This document shows, piece by piece, positions 9,468 to 16,262 of a DNA stretch of 31,501 bases. Under the pieces are notes generated by a model. It did not search any database. It saw only the letters and a program-made list of their open reading frames with translations, and was not told the DNA's origin. The position numbers and the translations under genes are program-made. The DNA is taken from contig JBHOSQ010000013.1 of assembly GCA_042584585.1 (NCBI GenBank), positions 1-31,501 on the forward strand, written 5' to 3'. Numbering within the stretch: position 1 is the first letter of the stretch; the number at the start of each line of letters is the position of its first letter. The stretch is from an archaeon. Lineage in GTDB: Archaea; B1Sed10-29; WALL01.

Positions 9468-10097
9468 ATGAATCCAAAAGCAGTTATCCTGGACGTCGAC
9501 GGGACGCTGATTGACTCGACTTCCGCAATCACAAAGCGGCACGAATTGACCGCGGAAAAAATGGGATTGCGAAAAGTCGGGGTAGACGAATTCATGCGGG
9601 AGAGCGGCAAGGGATGGAGAGAAATCATCCACGAGCTTTGGCCGGAAGTCGACGTCGAAAAGTTTGTTGATGTATACTTCACTACCCCCAAGCTGCCGTA
9701 CCCCGCGGTCCCAGGAGCGATTGACGCGGTTCGGAAGCTAAAGGCACAAGGCTTTGTGCTGGGAATTGTCACCGGCAAGTCCACGTACAGTGCAGAGGAC
9801 CAGCTGAAGGAAGAAGGGTTTGACCTGGAGTGGTTTGATTTCGTTCACGGCGAAGACGCCCTCGCGGCTTGCAAGCCGAACGCAGGTGCGTTCGACAACG
9901 CGCTCACAATACTGGGGCTCAAGGGCATAACCAAAGAAGAAACGGTTTACGTCGGCGACTCCCCAAACGACGAGGCGGCGGCGATTGGGGCGGGGCTGCG
10001 GTTCATTGCGGTGCTTACCGGCCACAACACGAAAGAAGACTTTGGTGGCGTGGAAATAATCGAATCTGTCGCAGAGCTGCCTGACGCATTATCCTAG
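9468..10097 (+). CDS. HAD-superfamily hydrolase (phosphoglycolate phosphatase-like)
   Basis: DVDGTLIDS, IVTG, KP and YVGDSPND motifs. Confidence 0.93.
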   Translation: MNPKAVILDVDGTLIDSTSAITKRHELTAEKMGLRKVGVDEFMRESGKGWREIIHELWPEVDVEKFVDVYFTTPKLPYPAVPGAIDAVRKLKAQGFVLGIVTGKSTYSAEDQLKEEGFDLEWFDFVHGEDALAACKPNAGAFDNALTILGLKGITKEETVYVGDSPNDEAAAIGAGLRFIAVLTGHNTKEDFGGVEIIESVAELPDALS

Positions 10098-10574
10098 GGG
10101 ATAGCCGAACCGCTTCAGGGTTTCCTTGCGCTTTTCCTTGTCTTCTGCGGTCTCGATTTTGTCCGGTGTCCTGCCGTCCACTGCGCCAAGCACGGCCTTG
10201 CCCTGCTCGGTCTCGAAGACTAAAATGTCCAATGGGTTAGCCGTGGCGGCGAAGATGTTCACGACGCCGTGAACGTGGAACAAGTCGTTCAATAGGTTAA
10301 TGGGAAACGCTTTTTCGACGAGGCAGACAAAGACGTGGCCGGCGCCAATTTCGTGGCAGATTCGCCCCGCGTCTTTTTCGAGTGCCGCATCGTTGCCGTT
10401 GGTGCGTGTGATGCCCAAGCCGCCGTCGTTCATGGCGACGCCGACCTTGACTCCGGACGCCGTGGCGATTAGTGCCCTGGCGAGGTCGTCCACGGTCTTT
10501 AGCGAAAAGTTTCCCTGGCCCACAATGGTCTCACGGGAGGCCACGGGGTCAATGTGGTAGACGCTCATGGTCAT
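10089..10574 (-). CDS. Adenosine-specific kinase family protein (DUF355 type)
   Basis: GQGNFSLKTVDDL, IGAGHVF, AFPINLLN, IFAATANP and LGAVDG motifs. Confidence 0.85.
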   Translation of the reverse strand: MTMSVYHIDPVASRETIVGQGNFSLKTVDDLARALIATASGVKVGVAMNDGGLGITRTNGNDAALEKDAGRICHEIGAGHVFVCLVEKAFPINLLNDLFHVHGVVNIFAATANPLDILVFETEQGKAVLGAVDGRTPDKIETAEDKEKRKETLKRFGYPLG

Positions 10575-11152
10575 TCCGATACCACGTCCAAAATGAGCTG
10601 GTGCACTGCTGCCGGGGGTTGGTTGCCGTCAATGACGTGGAAATTCGCGTATTCCTTCGCTAGCTGCAGGTAGTTCTCGCGGACTTTGTCGAGGTAGTCG
10701 CTCTTCTCGAACAGCTCGAACTCGAACCGCGACGTCTCCATTCGCTTAATGCACACGTCGGTGGGGACGTCCAGGAAAAATATGTGGTCGGGCAATCGGA
10801 ACTTGGAGTTGATTTGCTTGAGCCACTCCTTGTCCGCGCTCACCGAGCCATAGGCAATCGAGGAAAACATGTAGCGGTCGCTCACGACGTTGTATCCCTT
10901 TGCAAGTGCGGGCTCGACGACGCGCTCCAGGTGGTGCGCGCGGTCCGACGCGAACAATAGCTGAAGGCATTCCTGCGTGGTGGACCATTCCTTGGTGAGC
11001 TGGGCGCGGATGAGGCCGCCGATTAAGTTGTTGGTCGGCTCCTTCGTGACCACGCTTTTTCCGCCGTCGTTTAGGCGGGACGCGAGCAGTGCCGCTTGCG
11101 TGGACTGGCCTGAGCCGTCCAGCCCCTCGAAGACTATGAACATTGGACGCAT
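10571..11152 (-). CDS. tmk: Thymidylate kinase
   Basis: FIVFEGLDGSGQSTQ P-loop, KEPT, LLFASDRAHH, SDRYMFSSIAY. Confidence 0.95.
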   Translation of the reverse strand: MRPMFIVFEGLDGSGQSTQAALLASRLNDGGKSVVTKEPTNNLIGGLIRAQLTKEWSTTQECLQLLFASDRAHHLERVVEPALAKGYNVVSDRYMFSSIAYGSVSADKEWLKQINSKFRLPDHIFFLDVPTDVCIKRMETSRFEFELFEKSDYLDKVRENYLQLAKEYANFHVIDGNQPPAAVHQLILDVVSE

Positions 11153-11233
11153 GGATGTTCTTGTGAATGAGGGGGTATAAAAAAAAGCAGGATTTGCAGA
11201 AAGCTTATAAAGCGGACGCGAGTTTATTTGTCG

Positions 11234-11635
11234 ATGGCGCTGATTCAGCAGCACGAGGAGAGGAACCTATTCGACAAGATTGTGGAGTATTACCACTCGC
11301 TGCATGAGGAAGTAAAGTTCGTGAAGCGCGAGGAAATGCTTAGCCCGGCCAAGATAAAGGGATTGTATTACACTCTCCCGAGCCTCGAGAACGTCGTGAC
11401 GTACGGCCAGAAGGTCGAGGAAGTGAAAAGGGCCATCGGCCACGGGTACAACACGCCCGTGATTGTCCTGCGGAAGCGGGACCGCGACTTGCTTATTGAC
11501 GGGCACCGCCGCATTCGCGCGGCGTGGGAGCTCGGGATTGAGTGGCCCGCACTCATCATGATTCCGGACAAGCAGAAAGAATTCGGCGTCGAAAAACTTG
11601 CGCAAGGGCAAATCAAGGGTTTGTGGAAGAAATGA
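11234..11635 (+). CDS. Stand-alone ParB/Sulfiredoxin-domain protein
   Basis: PVIV...LIDGHRRIRAAWELG motif; no HTH or dimerisation domain. Confidence 0.8.
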   Translation: MALIQQHEERNLFDKIVEYYHSLHEEVKFVKREEMLSPAKIKGLYYTLPSLENVVTYGQKVEEVKRAIGHGYNTPVIVLRKRDRDLLIDGHRRIRAAWELGIEWPALIMIPDKQKEFGVEKLAQGQIKGLWKK

Positions 11636-12294
11636 CTACCATCGTAGGCCATCGCGGCGCACGCAATGTAGAGCCAGAAAACACTTTGCTGGCGTTCCGG
11701 AGGGGAATAGAGCTGGGGGCTGAGTGGGTCGAGTGCGACGTCCGGTTGACTGCGGACGGTGAATTAGTCGCGATGCACGATGCCACGCTGGAGCGGACTA
11801 CGAACGGCGAGGGCGAAGTGGAGAAGAAAACACTGGCCGAGCTGAAGGAATTGGACGCGGGGAAGGGCGAGAAGGTTCCGACGCTCCAGGAAATAATCGA
11901 GACTGTCAAGGACAAGGCGGGGCTGATTATTGAGCTGAAGGGCAGCAACACCGCGGAAAAAGCGGTTGAGCTGGTGGAAAAGAACTTGATGAACAAAGTT
12001 GCGTTTGTGTCGTTCAAGCCCGAGGAATTGAAGAAGGTCAAGGACCTTGACTCGTTTTCGACTGGGTTCATTTCCAGGGCCTTTGCGCTGGAAGTGATTG
12101 CGGAGGCCAAGCTGCTTGGCGCTGGGATCTTGGTCGTGCCGGTGTCGGAGGCGACGCAGGAAGTGGTCGACGAGGTGCACGGCGAGGGCCTCAAGGTCGG
12201 GGTGTGGACAGTGAACGACAAGGCGGGCTACGAGCGGATGGTGTCCTTTGGCGTTGACGTTGTTGTGTCGGATGACCCTGGAAAGCTGAAATGA
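11632..12294 (+). CDS. Glycerophosphodiester phosphodiesterase
   Basis: GHRGA, PENTL, ECDVRLTADG, HDATLERTT, IELK and WTVND motifs; ATGA overlap with the upstream gene. Confidence 0.94.
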   Translation: MTTIVGHRGARNVEPENTLLAFRRGIELGAEWVECDVRLTADGELVAMHDATLERTTNGEGEVEKKTLAELKELDAGKGEKVPTLQEIIETVKDKAGLIIELKGSNTAEKAVELVEKNLMNKVAFVSFKPEELKKVKDLDSFSTGFISRAFALEVIAEAKLLGAGILVVPVSEATQEVVDEVHGEGLKVGVWTVNDKAGYERMVSFGVDVVVSDDPGKLK

Positions 12295-12325
12295 ATATAA
12301 AGGGCGTTGCTCTAATTCTCCCGTA

Positions 12326-13228
12326 ATGTCGCAGACACTGATTTTCAGGAAGGGCGGGGACGTGACCTTGCTCCACGACGACCACATCAAAGAAAAAAAG
12401 GACTACGTCACGTGGATGCACCTCGGGCCTAATGAAAAGCTTATTGACGCAACCATCAAGGCGTTCGGCCAGGACGAAGACTTCCGGGAAGACTTCCTGG
12501 AGGAACAGAGGCCGAGGCTCGCCAACTTCAAAAACTTTTCCGTTGTTGTCTTCACAGCGCCCACCAAGACGGGTGTGGTGCAGCTTTCGTTCATTATTTC
12601 GAAGAACAAAGTCATTTCCGTCGCGAACGAAGTGACGGACTTGATTGACTTGGTGACGAAGGAACTGATAGACGAAAACGAAAAGTTGAGTCCCAGCGAG
12701 ATTTTGTCGCACATCATTGACGAGGCGATTGAGGCCTCGATTGACTTGATTGAGGACCAGGAAAAGTGGGCGGACGGGCTTGAGCTCAGTGTGCTCAGGA
12801 ACCAAAAGCTCAACCAAGGCAGGATACAGGACTTGCGCGTGGACGCGTTTTCCAACGCCAAGCTGTTCCGCGCAGACCTTGAGGTAATCCGGGAAATCCT
12901 TGATGGCGAAGCAAAATTCGTGAAGGCCTCGGAATTCGACGAAAACCACGAGGACCGTGTCCTGTTCGCGATTGACGAATTGGACACCATCAAGGAGTCG
13001 GTCACAAACATCACCAACATGCACTTGGCGAACCTGTCCCACAGGATGAACGAGAGCATGCACAAGCTGACAATCGTTGGCTCGATACTGCTTATTCCCG
13101 CCGTGGTCGCGAGCGTGTTCGGGATGAACGTGACGCTGCCGGCGCTGGGCTTCTGGGAAATAATGCTTGGCTCTTTAGGGGTCGCGCTCGTTATGGTGGG
13201 CGTGCTCAAGAGCTTCAAGTGGATTTAG
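12326..13228 (+). CDS. corA: CorA family Mg2+/divalent cation transporter
   Basis: Two C-terminal TM helices with the FGMN signature; MNESMHKLT. Confidence 0.92.
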   Translation: MSQTLIFRKGGDVTLLHDDHIKEKKDYVTWMHLGPNEKLIDATIKAFGQDEDFREDFLEEQRPRLANFKNFSVVVFTAPTKTGVVQLSFIISKNKVISVANEVTDLIDLVTKELIDENEKLSPSEILSHIIDEAIEASIDLIEDQEKWADGLELSVLRNQKLNQGRIQDLRVDAFSNAKLFRADLEVIREILDGEAKFVKASEFDENHEDRVLFAIDELDTIKESVTNITNMHLANLSHRMNESMHKLTIVGSILLIPAVVASVFGMNVTLPALGFWEIMLGSLGVALVMVGVLKSFKWI

Positions 13229-13230
13229 TA

Positions 13231-13286
13231 CAGCTTAAACTAAGCTGGCACGTTAGGCTAGGGCGGCGCAAGGCCGCCCGGAGACA
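13231..13286 (+). repeat. Structured repeat family 2, copy 1
   Basis: CAGCTTA-AAC-TAAGCTG, GGCACGTTAGGC, GGGCGGC-GCAAG-GCCGCCC; homologous to the minus strands of 14403-14470 and 22953-23036. Confidence 0.85.
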
Positions 13287-13297
13287 AACAAGTGGAT

Positions 13298-13486
13298 TTA
13301 GTTTTGCAGCTCGACGAAGTGCGCGATGCTGCGGTCATACGTTTTTTCCGCTTTAGTGCCAAAAAAGCAGGCAGGCAATTCCTCGCGCTCCCTGTGGTAC
13401 TTCACACACTCACAGCAAACGCCTTTTTTTGAGCAAGAATAAGTGCAGTTGCAGTTCGCCAAGTTTTTTTCTTTTCGGCATTCCAT
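13298..13486 (-). CDS. Small Cys-rich protein (DUF6485-like)
   Basis: [20 protein letters not shown]...LPACFF...EKTYDRS pattern. Confidence 0.8.
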   Translation of the reverse strand: MECRKEKNLANCNCTYSCSKKGVCCECVKYHREREELPACFFGTKAEKTYDRSIAHFVELQN

Positions 13487-14055
13487 TATTTCACCTTCAC
13501 GATTTTTCCGTGGCCTGGGACAATGAAGTCCGCTAGCTCAAGGACTTTTTTGCGGGAAGCAGCCAAAGTCGCCATGTCCCTTGCCACCGGGTCAGCGTAA
13601 TCAAGGCCCATGGATTGGCCTTCCCCCTCAACCCACCAGAACACGTCGCCGGCCACGATATACGTGCCTTCGGCTGTTGGGACTTTGACTACTATGTGCT
13701 CTGTGGAATGGCCTGGCGCCTGTATTAATTCCAGCTCGGTGCCCGGGACAGTGTTGTTGTGCTCGACTTGCTTGTCGCCATCGTAAATTTCGTCGGCGGT
13801 AATAACCCTTGCGTTCTCGAAAATGCCCGCGAGTAGTATATGGTCTATGTGGTCATGCGTCAAAACGACGAAGTCAATGTCAGAAACAGTAAGGCCTTCG
13901 TTGGCCAAAGCAGCCAAAAGCTTTTCGCGGCTGCAGCCGGGGTCGACAACAATGTTTTTCCCGTTTGATTTTATTAGCGTGGCAGTAGAGCTGGCAATCC
14001 AGCCGCCATCAATTTCGCGGGCATAGCCCTCAACCAAAACTTTTAGTTCAGCCAT
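13486..14055 (-). CDS. MBL-fold metallo-hydrolase
   Basis: VVDPG, THDHIDH, PGHS, AGD and PGHG motifs. Confidence 0.92.
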   Translation of the reverse strand: MAELKVLVEGYAREIDGGWIASSTATLIKSNGKNIVVDPGCSREKLLAALANEGLTVSDIDFVVLTHDHIDHILLAGIFENARVITADEIYDGDKQVEHNNTVPGTELELIQAPGHSTEHIVVKVPTAEGTYIVAGDVFWWVEGEGQSMGLDYADPVARDMATLAASRKKVLELADFIVPGHGKIVKVK

Positions 14056-14069
14056 ATCAGACCCCTAGA

Positions 14070-14141
14070 TTTTCCGTCGACGCTTTTCCTGAGCCCCAGA
14101 CGTTGACTTTGGTCAACGTCAAAGTCCACAGAAAAGGGTCG
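14070..14141 (-). repeat. Structured repeat family 1, copy B
   Basis: Minus strand CGACCCTTTTCTGTGGACTTT-GACGTTGAC-CAAA-GTCAACGTC-TGGGGCTCAGGAAAAGCGTCGACGGAAAA, starting immediately after the tRNA-Leu CCA. Confidence 0.9.
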
Positions 14142-14230
14142 TGGTGCGGGGGAAGAGATTTGAACTCTCGAAGGCACTAAGCCACTGGGTCCTAAACCCA
14201 GCACATTTGACCGGACTTTGTTACCCCCGC
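14142..14230 (-). tRNA. tRNA-Leu(TAG)
   Basis: Acceptor GCGGGGG/CCCCCGC + ACCA; anticodon arm CTGGG-TTTAGGA-CCCAG; long variable arm; T loop TTCAAAT. Confidence 0.95.
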
Positions 14231-14276
14231 GTGCAAACCGGCACTGGCGGGTGGCCGGTGCCATGGCTGAAGGCAC

Positions 14277-14390
14277 TCAGTCCTTTCCGCGAGCCTTCTG
14301 GCGCCTCTTCTTGATTCGCCACTTGCGGCGCGAGCGCCTTTTCTTCTTTTCCTTGTCTCCACCACTGAAGAACAGTATCAACAAATTCAT
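14277..14390 (-). CDS. 37-aa basic peptide, ribosomal protein eL41 (L41e)-like
   Basis: Manual translation MNLLILFFSGGDKEKKKRRSRRKWRIKKRRQKARGKD; GAGGTGA directly upstream (true start may be the downstream TTG); below the ORF-track size cutoff. Confidence 0.55.
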   Translation of the reverse strand: MNLLILFFSGGDKEKKKRRSRRKWRIKKRRQKARGKD

Positions 14391-14402
14391 TCACCTCTGG
14401 GT

Positions 14403-14470
14403 TGTCGCGGCGTATGCCGCCCGGGCACCCTTGTGGTGCCCCGTCTAACGTGCCGCCTGAGTTTCAGGCG
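14403..14470 (-). repeat. Structured repeat family 2, copy 3
   Basis: Minus strand CGCCTGA-AAC-TCAGGCG, GGCACGTTAGAC, GGGCACC-ACAAG-GGTGCCC, extra hairpin GCGGC-ATAC-GCCGC, GACA; begins 3 nt after tRNA-Glu. Confidence 0.8.
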
Positions 14471-14473
14471 AAA

Positions 14474-14548
14474 TACTCCCGGCGGGATTCGAACCCACGC
14501 CACCGGCTTGAAAGGCCGGGATCCTTGACCAGACTAGACTACGGGAGC
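14474..14548 (-). tRNA. tRNA-Glu(TTC)
   Basis: Acceptor GCTCCCG/CGGGAGT + A; anticodon arm CCGGC-CTTTCAA-GCCGG; T arm GGTTCGAATCC; CCA not encoded. Confidence 0.95.
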
Positions 14549-14685
14549 CTTAGATGGGTGTTTTACGCTCCCGTGGGAGCATGCCCGCTATTTTTGCCTT
14601 TAATCCCTTAAAAAGTATTAAGGTTTAAAAACAAAAGGGCGTATAACTGGACACCACTCCGTATTTAAAGAGATAGGTGGGATTT

Positions 14686-14829
14686 ATGTCTAAAGAAATA
14701 GCCGCAAAAGCGCGTCTCGACAAGCAGGTATGCCTTAGCTGTGGCGCACTGAATGCACCCAAAGCCACGAAGTGCAGAAAGTGCCACAGGAAGAACTTGA
14801 GGCGAAAAGCGAAAGAGCCAAGGCGCTGA
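14686..14829 (+). CDS. rpl40e: 50S ribosomal protein L40e
   Basis: Manual translation [47 protein letters not shown], with the CxxC...ATKCRKC...LR signature. Confidence 0.95.
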   Translation: MSKEIAAKARLDKQVCLSCGALNAPKATKCRKCHRKNLRRKAKEPRR

Positions 14830-14833
14830 GCTA

Positions 14834-15697
14834 ATGGCTGAGCAGCTGATTCGAGAGCTGGAGGGCGCGGGCTACAAGTGCTTCGTGCCACTCGAGAAAA
14901 AAAGCTGCTTTGACGTCGCCGCACGAAACGGGGACCGGTTTCTGCTCCTGAAGGTCTTTACCAACATAGACTCGCTCAGGGAGCCACAGGCCCAGAACCT
15001 CAAGGCACTTGCGGCAAGCCTCGGCGCGACGCCGATTGTCATTGGAGAAAAGTCCAAGGCGTATGAGCTGAAGACGGGACTGGTGTACGACCGGTACGGC
15101 GTCACCGTGGTCTCCATAGAAACTTTCACTCAATTGTTGCGCGGCTATCTGCCCAAGAAAAGGTTTTACAAGGGCCGTGTTGTGGCAGAGATTGACGCGA
15201 CGAAATTGGAGCAGGCAAGCCCTACGGAATTGGCGAAGGAATTGCACGTCACTCGCGAAGCGATTTATTCGTACCGCCATGGCACGCGCGTCGAGTTCGA
15301 GAAGGCGCTGGAGATGGAGCGGATTCTTGACGAGCCGTTGATAAAAGAGATTAATCCTTTTTCTGTGCCGACGAAGCAGAGCCCCATGCTCACAGGCTAT
15401 TTACAAAAGATGCACACGCTTGGGTTTGACGTGGTGCCGGTGCACCGCGGGTTCGACGCGCTCGCCAAGGAAAAAGAGTCGCTTTTGGTCGACAGCGAGC
15501 GCAGCGAGGCGTATGCCAAACGGAAAGCCAAGTTCGTGGCCAAGGCCGCGGACTTTTTCGAGAGCCACCCCGTCATAGTGATGGAGAGCCGGCGCAGCAC
15601 AATCAAGGGCGTGCCCGTGCTCCGCGAAAAAGAGATTGCCGAGGCAGAGAGCGCCGAGGGGCTCACGGACCTCGTGAAGAAGCGGAAGAAACAATAA
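14834..15697 (+). CDS. Archaeal predicted HTH transcriptional regulator (COG1395-like)
   Basis: SCFDVAAR...LLKVFTNIDSL, L.TGLVYDRYG and a central XRE-like HTH (PTELAKELHVTREAIYSYRHG). Confidence 0.85.
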   Translation: MAEQLIRELEGAGYKCFVPLEKKSCFDVAARNGDRFLLLKVFTNIDSLREPQAQNLKALAASLGATPIVIGEKSKAYELKTGLVYDRYGVTVVSIETFTQLLRGYLPKKRFYKGRVVAEIDATKLEQASPTELAKELHVTREAIYSYRHGTRVEFEKALEMERILDEPLIKEINPFSVPTKQSPMLTGYLQKMHTLGFDVVPVHRGFDALAKEKESLLVDSERSEAYAKRKAKFVAKAADFFESHPVIVMESRRSTIKGVPVLREKEIAEAESAEGLTDLVKKRKKQ

Positions 15698-15726
15698 GGA
15701 AAAACGCTATAACTTGGTTGGGCATC

Positions 15727-16230
15727 ATGGAAATGGAGGAAAAACACGAGAAGTTCCGCAAAAGCGTAGAGGTATACTTCAGCCCCGCCTCTTTCGAGAA
15801 GAAATTCCCTGAGCCGGGCTCTTATGGAGAAATAAACCGAAGGAAAAACAGCAATCCCGAGCTCGCGGATATTTATTACGAAGTTGTGAAGTCAAGTGTC
15901 AAAAGGGCAGAGTCGCTCTCCGAGCTCAAGAAAGTGCTGCAGTGGGCGCACGCACCTGATTTGGTATCCCAAATGACAAACTCCGGGAAACGCAAGAAGT
16001 ATGGGGTACATGACCGGGGCGACGTGGCCAAGGCCGTGATGGAAAAAGTGTTGTCGCTGGAAATCCCCAAAGAATGGCCCGAGAATGAATACCTTGAACT
16101 GCACTCTTTCGTCATTAGCCCCTACTTTCCCCAGCTCCACGAAAAAAAGAGCTACAAGGAAATCCGCAAGGCCCTTATGGACAAAGAAAACAAGGCGCTG
16201 TGGCTCATCCAGGCCAGCATGAAGGACTAA
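15727..16230 (+). CDS. Hypothetical protein
   Basis: 167-aa charged ORF filling the gap between two co-oriented genes; no recognisable motif. Confidence 0.65.
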   Translation: MEMEEKHEKFRKSVEVYFSPASFEKKFPEPGSYGEINRRKNSNPELADIYYEVVKSSVKRAESLSELKKVLQWAHAPDLVSQMTNSGKRKKYGVHDRGDVAKAVMEKVLSLEIPKEWPENEYLELHSFVISPYFPQLHEKKSYKEIRKALMDKENKALWLIQASMKD

Positions 16231-16262
16231 CCTTTTTATTCCCCACGCTCGTTGCCTTGGCT

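Noticed and set aside
13247-13258. GTTAGGC/GTTAGAC in family 2 matches the integron core site GTTRRRY
   Set aside because: No complementary RYYYAAC box forms an attC-type long hairpin in any copy, the copies are not in a cassette array, and no integrase is in the window.
14043-14276. 77-aa ORF containing VDFDVDQSQR, similar to the ppsA tail
   Set aside because: It reads through tRNA-Leu and the repeat; the peptide match only reflects the shared DNA palindrome.
14549-14580. Intron-containing, split or permuted tRNA-Glu suggested by the duplicated acceptor sequence
   Set aside because: The tRNA at 14474-14548 is already complete and no bulge-helix-bulge motif is evident.
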